DNA of 63,786 nt, filler included, from Octopus bimaculoides (taxonomy: Eukaryota): assembly GCF_001194135.2 (NCBI RefSeq). It is 7 parts of 5 records of this genome, joined end to end, with 100 filler letters (N's around TTAATTAATTAA, not from the genome) between each part and the next. Parts side by side here need not be neighbours in the genome. Positions count along the whole stretch, not along the records: positions 4,581 to 14,058 come from NC_068995.1; positions 14,159 to 17,125 come from NC_069000.1; positions 17,226 to 32,957 come from NC_068995.1; 4 more parts are not named here. One strand, written 5' to 3'. Under the pieces are notes generated by a model. It was given only the letters and a program-made list of their open reading frames with translations, was not told the origin of the DNA and made no database searches. The position numbers and the translations under genes were made by a program. Shown here piece by piece: positions 11,931 through 25,176 of this stretch (the first letter of the stretch is position 1; each line of letters begins with the position of its first letter).

Positions 11931-12196
11931 TAGAGCATGAAAAACATGAAAGATTTTTCTCGGGTTCAAAATATGACACAGTTTTCGTTGTTTACCTTCT
12001 CACAATGCAGTTTAGAGTCATTGTTCGAAAGCAGCTACTTTCTTACAAAAATATTTCAAATAATTAAAAGTGGAAGTAAACATACATACACATACACATA
12101 CACATACATATATACATACATATGTACGTACATATGTACGTACATACCTACATGCATGCATACATACACAGGTAAAAGTATTTACATTCATACATA

Positions 12197-12551
12197 TTAA
12201 GGCGATAAAAGACTGAAATTAGTGCAGGCAGCCTTCGAATATCGTATAGTCTCTCTCAGACAGTAGCTACCAAACAACAGCATCCGAAATAAATATATGA
12301 ACCTCGTGTTGAAAGAGAATATAACAGCATTCTACGTGTCAGCAGTGAGCTCCACAGGAAGAACTCACTTCCTGATGACCTACCGTGGAATCCCCAAACG
12401 ACCGGACTAACGTGAGTCCAAGAAGATGGGAATGTGAAGCACTCAACATACACAAAAAAATCTATGTATGAGTATGTTATCCGAAGACCTGAAGATGACA
12501 GTAATATCGACATGATGCGCAGTCTCTCTTGGACTCGCGACCGTTACATCA
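12197..12551 (+). repeat. Local duplicate of 10713-11068 (R4-like segment)
   Basis: About 355 bp, highly similar, 1.48 kb downstream of the first copy, bounded by microsatellites. Confidence 0.9.
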
Positions 12552-12949
12552 TATATATATATATATGTATATATATATGTTATCGTTTGTGTTCGTCTGT
12601 GTGAGTACGAGCGTGTATACACACACATACATATTTCATGAATATTTTTTTGTATATCTATATACATGGAATCATATAGACATACATACATAAATACTTA
12701 CACACACACTCACACACACACACGCATACACACACATAGACATGGACACACACACATATATTTATACTCATGGATATGTACATATGAATGAATATGTTCG
12801 TATATATGAGGTGTTTTGAGACCTTTTTTTAGGAGAACCCGTTATAACTGTCCTAGATTATTTTAAGTTTAGTCTATCATTACTATACATCTAATAATCG
12901 GACCTGCCAAATTTTGTTATTCGAGATTGAAAGAGACGGCTATGACAAC

Positions 12950-13586
12950 ACTTTGGACACATTGCTTGTCACAGCTGATTAGTCTGCTGAATGCAGTCGG
13001 GACGTGAAGAAAATTTGGAATCTAGCTATGCAATAGAGCTTTGTGTTAAACTGGACAAAAATGCTATAAAATGTTATGAAATGCTCCGGCCTGTTTATGT
13101 GTGAGCCGAGCGTCTGTTTTTCACACGCACAAGTGTCAGGCAACGTGACTCCACTGGGTGGCTTGTGATGATCTCCTTTATAGACAACAAAGGTATCATC
13201 TACGTCCACTGGATTCCCTCTGGCCAGGCAGTCAACAAAATACTTTGTGGAGGCTTTGAAGGTCTTCAGGAAGACCTGAGCAACTGAACCAGAACGATGA
13301 ATCGGTTCGCGGTTCCATCCTACTTGAGAAAGACGGACATCAGAACTGCCCCTCACCCTTCCTACAGTCCAGACCTTGTCCCTTATCACTTGTTTGTCCC
13401 CCAAGCATAAGGAGAAGATGAAGTGGGTTGTGATAAATACCCTGGACACCTTCACTTCGAAGAACTTCCACGTGCCCTTCACAAAGTGGATGGAGCGCCG
13501 CAGTAAGTGCATTAAAGTCAGAGGGTCCTAGAATCATAAATGTCCCTCTTTGAAATAACCTCAAAACTTTCTGGAATGCACCTTGC

Positions 13587-13588
<2 letters not shown>
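12950..13588 (+). mobile_element. Tc1/mariner transposase relic (catalytic region) with 3' TIR
   Basis: Plus-strand translations LVTAD, DNKGIIYVHWIPSGQAVNK and TAPHPSYSPDLVP (YSPDL motif). Ends AACTTTCTGGAATGCACCTTG. Stops and frameshifts present. Confidence 0.8.
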
Positions 13589-13617
<29 letters not shown>

Positions 13618-14180
13618 TGTATGTATGTATGTATGTACGTATGTATAAATATGTTTATGTATGTACGTATGTATGTATGTATGTAAGTATGTGTCATTAT
13701 TCAGTTTATTTCGAGATTTCTTGCCAATAGAGAAAGAACTGGTTTCTAACCCAGATCCAACGTTCCTTCATTGGAATTTCAACATGGACAACAGGGTATC
13801 TTTGTTTCTCTGTATGTATGTATGTATGTATGTATGTATGTATGTATGTATGTATGTATGTGCAGATTTATTTGTTTTATGTGTGTATTCTCATGCACAT
13901 AATTATATATCTAGACATGCTCATATATATTATAATACATATAATATATATGATACTTTATACACACACATATATTAAACATGTTTTTATCAAGTTTATG
14001 TCAAGTTATACACGCAAGTATATGAAGTTTTGTGTGTGTGTGTATATATATATATATANNNNNNNNNNNNNNNNNNNNNNNNNNNNNNNNNNNNNNNNNN
14101 NNTTAATTAATTAANNNNNNNNNNNNNNNNNNNNNNNNNNNNNNNNNNNNNNNNNNNNATATATATATATATATATATAT

Positions 14181-14300
14181 ATACGACGGACTTCTTTCAG
14201 TTTCCGTCTACAAAATCCACCCACAAGGATTTGGTCGGCCCAAGGCTATAGTAGAAGACACTTGCTCAAGGTGCTACACAGAGGGACACCACACAGCCAC
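14181..14300 (-). mobile_element. SINE family A fragment
   Basis: ACGACGGACTTCTTTCAGTTTCCGTCTAC...GACACTTGCTCAAGGTG. Confidence 0.8.
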
Positions 14301-14394
14301 TTCTGTGACATTTTAAATTTAGCTCACAGACCCCCAGTACCACCTTTGCAGACCACCAGGAATCTGCGGACTCCAGTTTGGGAACCACTGACCT

Positions 14395-14625
14395 AGGCAG
14401 TTATTTGGCTGAATCGTTAGAATGTCGGACAAAACTGCTTAGCGACATTCCTTCTGGCTCTTTACGTTCTGAGCTCGAATCCTGCTGATCTCAACTTTGC
14501 TTTTCATCCTTTGAAGTGTGGAGGTCGATAAAATAAAGTCCTAGACAGGTAGGAGATCAATAGAATCGACTTGCTACCTTTCTCTCTAACATTGCTGGCT
14601 TTGTGTCAAAATTTGAAACATTTGT
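14395..14625 (+). mobile_element. SINE family C, diverged
   Basis: TTGGCTGAATCGTTAG...TTACGTTCTGAGCTCGAATCC...GTCGATAAAATAA...GGCTTTGTGTCAAAATTTGAAAC. Confidence 0.75.
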
Positions 14626-16491
14626 CTATATTGTTTGTGTCTGTGTGTTTGCTTAAAATCTTTTTATGCAAACAGAATTATAAACAGCAAACGAAATGTA
14701 ACTGTTTTCCTGGGAATCTGCATTCCTTTATTTCCCGCTCTCTCTCTGTTTCTTTCTGCACCTCCTCTCTCTCTATTTCTCCCTTTCTTCCTGCCCCTTT
14801 CTCCTCTCCCTCTATTAATATGTGCAGATGTGCGAGCGCGCGTATGTAGGTAAAGTGACTGAGAAAGAAAGAAACATTAGACGAAGGTAGATGCATTATT
14901 TGATACAACAGAATTTATATATGCATATTAATTTAGCTCGTCGCTTGCCATTCTCCTTATGTCAGTCAACATTACACCTGTATGAGTCAAAATCAAAGCA
15001 CAGTGCTTTCGTAGCCTGGGCGTTGTAGCAGCAGCACAAACAGAGCTTTCTGTTGCACTATTAGACGTACTAAAAGTACTACACTAATAAGAACAATAGA
15101 AATCCAGGCAGACAAAATGCGACTGTTGAGTGAAGCAGCTTAAACAGCCATTGTTTGGTTTTTATATCACAAAAGCTGCAAATTCAACATTTCTTAAATG
15201 TTACCTGGTTGTATTCTAGACTAAAGTACACACAGGCACATGACACAAATAAGTATCACTTCAAATAAGCTTGGAAAAAATTCATGAACATCACAACATC
15301 CCATTTTGCCAATCTTATAATAAATGCCTCTTAATACTAAAAGATGCATTGTACATCTTACATTAATCTATTTGGTGTCATTCGCCTAAAAAGATATACG
15401 CATTTCATTTACTTTACGAAGATATCACAACAAACCGACGTTGTGGAGAACATGCCTTACTCGATAAAAGTGCATATGTATGTCTGTGTATATGTTTGTG
15501 TGCGCATGTATATATACTTGTATATGTATATATATATAAATAAATAAATAAATATATATATATATATATANNNNNNNNNNNNNNNNNNNNNNNNNNNNNN
15601 NNNNNNNNNNNNNNNNNNNNNNNNNNNNNNNNNNNNNNNNNNNNNNNNNNNNNNNNNNNNNNNNNNNNNNNNNNNNNNNNNNNNNNNNNNNNNNNNNNNN
15701 NNNNNNNNNNNNNNNNNNNNNNNNNNNNNNNNNNNNNNNNNNNNNNNNNNNNNNNNNNNNNNNNNNNNNNNNNNNNNNNNNNNNNNNNNNNNNNNNNNNN
15801 NNNNNNNNNNNNNNNNNNNNNNNNNNNNNNNNNNNNNNNNNNNNNNNNNNNNNNNNNNNNNNNNNNNNNNNNNNNNNNNNNNNNNNNNNNNNNNNNNNNN
15901 NNNNNNNNNNNNNNNNNNNNNNNNNNNNNNNNNNNNNNNNNNNNNNNNNNNNNNNNNNNNNNNNNNNNNNNNNNNNNNNNNNNNNNNNNNNNNNNNNNNN
16001 NNNNNNNNNNNNNNNNNNNNNNNNNNNNNNNNNNNNNNNNNNNNNNNNNNNNNNNNNNNNNNNNNNNNNNNNNNNNNNNNNNNNNNNNNNNNNNNNNNNN
16101 NNNNNNNNNNNNNNNNNNNNNNNNNNNNNNNNNNNNNNNNNNNNNNNNNNNNNNNNNNNNNNNNNNNNNNNNNNNNNNNNNNNNNNNNNNNNNNNNNNNN
16201 NNNNNNNNNNNNNNNNNNNNNNNNNNNNNNNNNNNNNNNNNNNNNNNNNNNNNNNNNNNNNNNNNNNNNNNNNNNNNNNNNNNNNNNNNNNNNNNNNNNN
16301 NNNNNNNNNNNNNNNNNNNNNNNNNNNNNNNNNNNNNNNNNNNNNNNNNNNNNNNNNNNNNNNNNNNNNNNNNNNNNNNNNNNNNNNNNNNNNNNNNNNN
16401 NNNNNNNNNNNNNNNNNNNNNNNNNNNNNNNNNNNNNNNNNNNNNNNNNNNNNNNNNNNNNNNNNNNNNNNNNNNNNNNNNNNNNNNNNNN

Positions 16492-16561
<70 letters not shown>

Positions 16562-17225
16562 ATATATCAATATAAAAAATGGAACAAAAACGCAGTAGAG
16601 GACAATAAAACATTCGGACAGATTGACAATACAAAGGCGGACAGGAGAAACAACAATTAGAAGGTCAGGCAAAAAACGATAGGTCAATCGTGGCTTTCTT
16701 TCCTCAGTCAAGTACAAGAAGTCCTTACTGTTTCGGGCAGTTACACTCGAGACAGTTCAATCTGGTTGCCTCGCAGAAAAATCTAAGCTAAGAGCATTAG
16801 ACCTTTTTGTAAGAAAGCTAACGAATGTGTACGTCAACAAAGACCAAAAGCGAAGAACATGGTACACAATTACAAATACAAACAACAAGAAATAACAACA
16901 GGTGTCTTTCGACTGAAAACGAATCCAATTGAGCTGGCGTGAATGAAGTGAAAGCCTATAGGTAGGAACATAGGAGAAGGACATAAGAGGTGTTGGCGGT
17001 TGGCAGTCAGGCCAAGAAAGAAAGATCATGGCTGGCTGGACAACGGTCACGTGGAAGGAGGAGAAAGGGGTTGGGGGCAGCGGGATTGAAGGATTAGAAA
17101 AGGGAAATGTACAGGGGAGATACATNNNNNNNNNNNNNNNNNNNNNNNNNNNNNNNNNNNNNNNNNNNNTTAATTAATTAANNNNNNNNNNNNNNNNNNN
17201 NNNNNNNNNNNNNNNNNNNNNNNNN

Positions 17226-17269
<44 letters not shown>

Positions 17270-17530
17270 GTTTCCATGTGTGTATATATACGTATATATA
17301 TTTACATACATATGTACGTATGTAAATATGTAAATATGTATATATGTATATATGTATGTATGTATGTTTGTATGTATGTTTGTTTGTATGTTTGCATGTA
17401 TGTTTGTTTGTATGTATGTATGTATGTATGTATGTATGTATGTATGTATGTGTGTATGTATGAATGAATGTATCTGTTTGTCTGTAAATATATATATATA
17501 TACCTACATACATACCTAGATATATACAGT

Positions 17531-17835
17531 GGAGGCAGTGGTTAGGGCAGCGGACTCGCGGTCGTAGTATCGCGGTTTCGATTCCCAGACTGGGCGTTGT
17601 GAATGTTTATTGAGCGGAAACACCAAAAGCTCCACGAGGCTCCGGCTGTACTCTTTCACCACAACTTTCTTTCACTCTTTCTTCCTGTTTCTGTTGTACC
17701 TGTATTTCAAAGGCCCAGCCTTGTCACACTCTGTGTCACGCTAAATCTCCCCGAGAACTACTTGCACGTTAATTTCACGAGCAGGCTGTTCGGATCAATT
17801 GGAACCCTTGTCGTCGTAACCGACAGAGTACCACG
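17531..17835 (+). mobile_element. SINE family B with internal deletions
   Basis: Colinear with 3026-3412. Confidence 0.85.
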
Positions 17836-17867
17836 ACATATATACATACACACATATTACACATCTG

Positions 17868-18830
17868 CAATGTGAATTGGACATAATATACAAGTGGGCT
17901 GAAGGCAACAACATGCAGTTTAATGCAGGAAAATTCCAAACACGGAATACACTGGCCCGGGAGGAATTGCAATACCTGAATCAGTGCGTGACCTGGGCAT
18001 CGACATGAGCAATAAAATGCAGAAGGCTAGCTGGCTGGCTGGCTGGCTGGCTCCTCCGAAACTTCAAAACGAGAGAAAAGGAAACTATGATGGTCTTTTG
18101 GAAGGCATACGCCCTTGGCCGCTTGGACTACTGCTCTCAACTCTGATCAGCGAATAGTATAAAATGGCGGAATTCGAAGTAAGCCATCGAAGCTACACAC
18201 AGAAAATCGTCTAGTGGGAAAGGCTGAAAGAGTTAAAACTCTTCAGCCTAGAACGAAGGCGGGAATGATATGCAGTATCTTAACGTGCTTTTGATAAAAA
18301 TTAGGTTGAAAAAATATGGGTGTTTCTTATACATGTATAGTACTATAATCCCTTACAAAACCTTTTTTTTTAATTTTGAGCCCCTCAAATTAGGGGGTTC
18401 CTTATACACGCGGGTTCCTTATACACGAGGATTCTTTATACACGTTAAAATACGGTCCATTGGAAAATACTAGAAGGCCTTGTACGAAACTTCGACATTG
18501 AAAGTTACAGAAACAGCAGAACGGGGCACCACTGCAGAGTGCCAATAATCCCAACATCACCATCAACATACAGGACCGGATACTGCAACAGCTTAGGTTT
18601 CAGGAACCCAAAACTCTTCAATATCCTTCCAAAATGCCTGTCAGACCTATATGGTGTGGATGTAGGTGTATTCAATACAAGACTTGATCGCCTTCTGTCA
18701 AGGTCTCCAGATGAACCTACCTCACAGCAGGAAACACAGATGAGGGCAGCAGCATCGGACTCCTTCATTTAACAAATGCCACGTATCAGAGGAGGTTTCA
18801 AATATTGAAGGTATAGCACAATCAACAATA
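17868..18830 (+). mobile_element. CR1-clade LINE 3' fragment (RT C-terminus), decayed
   Basis: LDIIYKWAEGNNMQFNAGKFQ, SVRDLGIDMS, GWLLRNFKTRE..LDYCSQL, LKLFSLERRRE, and YCNSLGFRNPKLFNILP..LDRLL...PDEP are typical of a CR1/L2-group ORF2 end. Confidence 0.8.
18300..18460. mobile_element. DNA-transposon (pogo/Tigger-like MITE) fragment inserted in the LINE
   Basis: Interrupts the LINE coding sequence. Contains three (GG)TTCCTTATACACG subterminal repeats and ends in AAAATACGGT. Confidence 0.5.
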
Positions 18831-18956
18831 GTGCTCCAGCATGACCGCAGCTTTAAAGCTGCAACAATTTAAAGGATGCATATATATATACATATATATA
18901 CACACATACATACATTCACACATAAATACATACATATATACATACAAGTATGCATA

Positions 18957-18993
<37 letters not shown>

Positions 18994-19369
18994 NNNNNNN
19001 NNNNNNNNNNNNNNNNNNNNNNNNNNNNNNNNNNNNNNNNNNNNNNNNNNNNNNNNNNNNNNNNNNNNNNNNNNNNNNNNNNNNNNNNNNNNNNNNNNNN
19101 NNNNNNNNNNNNNNNNNNNNNNNNNNNNNNNNNNNNNNNNNNNNNNNNNNNNNNNNNNNNNNNNNNNNNNNNNNNNNNNNNNNNNNNNNNNNNNNNNNNN
19201 NNNNNNNNNNNNNNNNNNNNNNNNNNNNNNNNNNNNNNNNNNNNNNNNNNNNNNNNNNNNNNNNNNNNNNNNNNNNNNNNNNNNNNNNNNNNNNNNNNNN
19301 NNNNNNNNNNNNNNNNNNNNNNNNNNNNNNNNNNNNNNNNNNNNNNNNNNNNNNNNNNNNNNNNNNNNN

Positions 19370-19401
<32 letters not shown>

Positions 19402-19403
<2 letters not shown>

Positions 19404-20289
19404 ATACAAATAATAAATGAGTATATGCATATATACGTACATGTATGTACATACCTACATCTCCATGCATATATAGATGCATATCTGGGTACAGTACGTT
19501 GCAAAACGACGTGGACAAAATGATAAACAGAGTACAGAAAACACACAGGTCACATAGAGAACATTTCCTTCATCAGCTGCCACCATTCTAAAACTAAGCG
19601 TTTCGAAGAGTTAGGGCAGGACGCATCGTTAGAATGGCTCTTCCCACGGACCACAAAATTAAATTTGTACCATGGAGGAATGTAGTGGCGGACAGAAAAC
19701 AAAACAGGAAAACGAAACAGTGAAAACAAACAAAAAAGGCTATACGACCAGACGTGAAAAAATGTGTATATTGAACGCTGTGAAGCAACGAACTGGAAGG
19801 AAGTGGGACGAAGAATGCTCGTGTGCGTGCTTGGCGATAGTCAACACAAGAAAGGAAGGAAGTAGTGGCTGGACACATGTGACCAGCGAGGGGTAAGGAG
19901 AAAGAGTGGTAGAGGGAGAAAAACGGGAGGAAGTAGAATATAGGTGAGCAACGAGAGACAGGGTGGAAGAGAGAGAGATATAGTAGTAACGGAAGGAAGA
20001 ACGAGAGGGGGGGGGAAAGATACAAAGATAGATAGAGTCGCGTCAGAAAACATAAAGTTCAAAATTTACTTGCAGGGATGACGCGTGCGTTCGATCATGT
20101 AATACAAATAATAAATGAGTATATGCATATATACGTACATGTATGTACATACCTACATCTACATGTATATATAGATGCATATCTGGGTACAGGACGATGC
20201 AAAAAGACGTGGACAAAATGATAAACAGAGTACAGAAAACACACAGGCCACAAAGAGAACATTTCCTTCATCAGCTGCCACCATTCTAA
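19402..20289 (-). mobile_element. ~890-bp non-coding element with ~190-bp terminal direct repeats
   Basis: 19402-19590 and 20100-20289 are highly similar. The core between them is purine-rich on the plus strand and non-coding. Each repeat has CTGATGA on the minus strand. Confidence 0.75.
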
Positions 20290-20537
20290 CACAGAACGCA
20301 TCATATATTATATATATTAGCAGAGATACCAGGCGTTGCTCGGGATGAAAATGGCATAATTTCTTATTGTTTTATTTGTTTCAGTCATGTGACCAATCCA
20401 TCTCTAGCATGGTGGTATCTTTTAGATACCCTTAATCATAATTTTAACAATAATTATTACGTATTAAGTTTTTATTCCCATGCTGGCCACTTGATATGAT
20501 CGGTATCTGAAATAACGATCTTATCCTTATATATATA

Positions 20538-20890
20538 TACTCTTTACTCTCTTTTACTCTTTTACTTGTTTCAGTCATTTGACTGCGGCCATGCTGGAGC
20601 ACCGCCTTTAGTCGAGCAAATCGACCCCGGGACTTCTTCTATGTAAGCCTAGTACTTATTCTATCGGTCTCTTTTTGCCGAACCGCTAAGTAACGGGGAC
20701 ATAAACACACCAGCATCGGCTGTCAAGCAATGCTAAGAGGACAAACAGACACACAAACACACACATATATATATGTATATATACATATATACGACGGGCT
20801 TCTTTCAGTTTCCGTCTACCAAATCCACTCACAAGGCTTTGGTCGGCCCGAGGCTATAGTAGAAGACACTTGCCCAAGGTGCCACGCAGT
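20538..20890 (-). mobile_element. SINE family A, head missing
   Basis: Reverse complement of the family A body and tail. Confidence 0.9.
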
Positions 20891-20904
20891 AATTCTTTCA
20901 GTGC

Positions 20905-21282
20905 TTTACATGTTTCAGTCATTTGAGAGTGGCCATGCTTGAGCACCGCCTTTTAGTTGAAGAAATCAAAACCTAGACTTATTCTTTGTAAGCCTGGTGC
21001 TTATTCTATCAATATCTTTTGTCGAGCCGCTAAGTTACGGGAACGTAAACACAACGCCATTGGTTGTTAAGTGATGGTGGGTATGAGGGACACATATAGA
21101 CACAAATACACACACACATATATATATATAGGAGAGACTTCTTTCAGTTTCCGTCAAAGAAATCCACTGACATGGCTTTGGTCAGTCGAAAGCTATAGTA
21201 GAAGACAGTTGCTCTAGGTGCCATGCAGTGGGACTGAACCTGGAACTATGTGGTTGAGAAACAAGCTTCCTGGCACACAGCC
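20905..21282 (-). mobile_element. SINE family A, diverged, tandem with the previous copy
   Basis: Reverse complement of family A. Confidence 0.85.
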
Positions 21283-21320
21283 AGGCAGTGTATATATATC
21301 TATACATATATATATGTACA

Positions 21321-21381
<61 letters not shown>

Positions 21382-21611
21382 ATATATATACATACATACA
21401 TATATACATACACACACACACACACGCACACACATATATACAAATATATATAGCTATACATATATATCTATATGTATGTATATATACATATATATTACAT
21501 TTATATATGTATATATACATATATATTACATATATATATGTATATATATACATATATATTACATATATATATGTATATATGTATATATACATATATATAT
21601 ATGCATATACA

Positions 21612-21646
<35 letters not shown>

Positions 21647-22295
21647 NNNNNNNNNNNNNNNNNNNNNNNNNNNNNNNNNNNNNNNNNNNNNNNNNNNNNN
21701 NNNNNNNNNNNNNNNNNNNNNNNNNNNNNNNNNNNNNNNNNNNNNNNNNNNNNNNNNNNNNNNNNNNNNNNNNNNNNNNNNNNNNNNNNNNNNNNNNNNN
21801 NNNNNNNNNNNNNNNNNNNNNNNNNNNNNNNNNNNNNNNNNNNNNNNNNNNNNNNNNNNNNNNNNNNNNNNNNNNNNNNNNNNNNNNNNNNNNNNNNNNN
21901 NNNNNNNNNNNNNNNNNNNNNNNNNNNNNNNNNNNNNNNNNNNNNNNNNNNNNNNNNNNNNNNNNNNNNNNNNNNNNNNNNNNNNNNNNNNNNNNNNNNN
22001 NNNNNNNNNNNNNNNNNNNNNNNNNNNNNNNNNNNNNNNNNNNNNNNNNNNNNNNNNNNNNNNNNNNNNNNNNNNNNNNNNNNNNNNNNNNNNNNNNNNN
22101 NNNNNNNNNNNNNNNNNNNNNNNNNNNNNNNNNNNNNNNNNNNNNNNNNNNNNNNNNNNNNNNNNNNNNNNNNNNNNNNNNNNNNNNNNNNNNNNNNNNN
22201 NNNNNNNNNNNNNNNNNNNNNNNNNNNNNNNNNNNNNNNNNNNNNNNNNNNNNNNNNNNNNNNNNNNNNNNNNNNNNNNNNNNNNNNNNNNNNNN

Positions 22296-22326
<31 letters not shown>

Positions 22327-22900
22327 GTGAAACTAATAAAGATGAAACTATTAACCGTGAAGCTATTAGCATATATACAAACATGTATTTATATACATAG
22401 TGAAATTAATAAAAATAAAACTATGTATTAAGTGAAAGTATTGAAAGTGAAACCATATAAAAGTGAAACCATTGTATCACATTCCAATAGAGATGTTATT
22501 GCTTCACTTTTGAAACGTAATACCGAAACAGTGTAAGAGAGAAGTGATTGCTCCGGACTCGCATCAGGCAAGAAGTTGAAAATTCTTTTGGCCCATGACA
22601 CTCCATGCACTCTAAGAAATGCATGTGTAAATCTTGAATGAAATCGGTTTCTTTAGTTCTGGAGTTTTAGTGATGCACACATGAACACAGACAGAAAGAT
22701 GGACAAATATACATTGTTCGTTACATATATACATATAGTGATGGTATGTTGTCAACTTAATGTGACAGTCCCATGAAAGGGAAGATTACTACTGCTATCT
22801 TGCCCCAAGAAACATCGTCTCCAGCTGGCCACGACACATTTTGTGTGTCTTTATGTTTTCAAAAGGGGTAGATAAGCTCCTCCACCCAGCAAAGCCAGCA

Positions 22901-22943
22901 TCCAGAGACTAGTTTCAGAGTCATTGCTCATCATTAGTCTGGA
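22901..22943 (-). ncRNA. Type I hammerhead ribozyme motif with G5A core mutation (likely inactive)
   Basis: Minus strand: TCCAGA-CTAATGA-T-GAG-CAATGA-CTC-T-GAAAC-TA-GTC-TCTGGA. Stems I and II pair and there is a GUC cleavage triplet. Confidence 0.7.
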
Positions 22944-23319
22944 GCAGCATAGCTTGCTAGCTAGCTGTCGATGCATATTCGCCTTTGAAAACATATATAT
23001 TTTAAGTGAAATACATTCACTGAGAGATTTAGAAATGTAATATTTCTATTTTCGAAATCATTTCTATTTTCGATAACATATGGATTAATTATTCTGTCAC
23101 CCCCTCCTGCTCATGTTTTCGCTGCAAATATTAAACCAACCGATACTAAAACAGGGCAGCAACTGTTTGAAGTACATCAAGTCTGGATTGTATTGCAAAT
23201 ATTTATGGGTATTGATCTACCTCTTCCAGCTGGCGTAAATGTATCTCCCTCTGTTTCTATAATGACTGCTCCAAAATTCCCATAAACAAGAGCTTTCTCG
23301 TTGAATTAACATTTAAATT

Positions 23320-23560
23320 AGTGGTTCTCGACCGGGATCCATATAAGATTTTGCTGTTAGAATTTATGGGAAATAAGCTGGTTATATTTCTACAATACAA
23401 AAAATATTTAAACAATTCTTAACACAGTTCCTAATAGTACGTAATCATAAAAGTATAACAAGAATTTTTATACATTGAATAGCTATGCGGGCCTCACCCA
23501 CTGACTTAAAATAGGAATAAAAGGGAACCAGGGGCAAAAAATAGTTGAAAATCTCTGATT
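23320..23560. mobile_element. hAT-like MITE, diverged
   Basis: Termini AGTGGTTCTCGACC ... AGTTGAAAATCTCTG resemble CAGTGGTTCTCAAC-type TIRs. Confidence 0.5.
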
Positions 23561-25176
23561 TTAATTGTTAAGTATATCCGTCGCGTATTTGTTGTTGCGT
23601 ACTTCCTCGGATGGATCATCATGGTAAGGTTAATTTTTTTTTAATTGACGTATGTGACATGGTTAAGCTTTTGAATTAATGGGCTTCCTAACCATTGCTG
23701 TCCCCTAAGGTTTACCAACAAAATTTGGTTTGTCTCAGAGCAATGATAAAAAGCACTCGCCCATGATGTTACGCATGAGATGGAACGTGGTACCACACCA
23801 TTACGGAGTAAGCTTTGTAAGATTCGGTCATACTTACGCCTCTTACTAAGCAACTATTGTTTTTCTTTCTCTCCTCTCGCCTAATAATGAAATGGGGGCC
23901 TTTGTTGTACGCTGGAAGTGTAGACCCAGCTGCTTCTGATTTAAGAGACTTTGGTTGCAGAGAAACAGAGAATCGAGTACTTTAAATTCCCGAATCTAAC
24001 CAATTTATTTCCACATTGCTTGTCATCACTGGAGACAGCAAAAATATGAAAAGGTACTGCAATCATATGATACCACCTGTAGACTTCCGATGAAAGCTAT
24101 GCCTTGCAGCACAACCTGTATACAAATTATATTTCTTCCTGATTGAATTTTCTATGTTTGATACCTGAACAATCTCAGTATGTGGCTGTAAATTTGTACG
24201 AATGAATAAAAAACAAAATAATGAAACGTTTTGTTTTTCTCTCTGTCGCTCTTTTCACAGCTATTCATTAATCTATGAAACTTTTGTAGAATTTCTTTGT
24301 TCCACTCGTATTGATAATCTGTGAAAGGTGGGAAATCGTTCTTTCTTCAAAGAGTCAATCAATATGCACGCATTTATATAACTACATGTACGCATGTATA
24401 TATGTATACATAAATGCTTGTACATATGCATATATGTATGCATGTGTTCTGGCTTGTATCTATGTATATGTGTAAACATATACGTGTCAATGCATATATG
24501 TATGCTTGCTCATCAGGTGTTATCACTGAAACACATAACCAATATAAAGAGAGAGGGTCNNNNNNNNNNNNNNNNNNNNNNNNNNNNNNNNNNNNNNNNN
24601 NNNNNNNNNNNNNNNNNNNNNNNNNNNNNNNNNNNNNNNNNNNNNNNNNNNNNNNNNNNNNNNNNNNNNNNNNNNNNNNNNNNNNNNNNNNNNNNNNNNN
24701 NNNNNNNNNNNNNNNNNNNNNNNNNNNNNNNNNNNNNNNNNNNNNNNNNNNNNNNNNNNNNNNNNNNNNNNNNNNNNNNNNNNNNNNNNNNNNNNNNNNN
24801 NNNNNNNNNNNNNNNNNNNNNNNNNNNNNNNNNNNNNNNNNNNNNNNNNNNNNNNNNNNNNNNNNNNNNNNNNNNNNNNNNNNNNNNNNNNNNNNNNNNN
24901 NNNNNNNNNNNNNNNNNNNNNNNNNNNNNNNNNNNNNNNNNNNNNNNNNNNNNNNNNNNNNNNNNNNNNNNNNNNNNNNNNNNNNNNNNNNNNNNNNNNN
25001 NNNNNNNNNNNNNNNNNNNNNNNNNNNNNNNNNNNNNNNNNNNNNNNNNNNNNNNNNNNNNNNNNNNNNNNNNNNNNNNNNNNNNNNNNNNNNNNNNNNN
25101 NNNNNNNNNNNNNNNNNNNNNNNNNNNNNNNNNNNNNNNNNACACACACACACACACATGTATAAATATATAAAAC

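Noticed and set aside
16690-16760. Minus-strand GAAACAGTA...CTGAGGA as a type II hammerhead
   Set aside because: Stems I and II do not pair convincingly.
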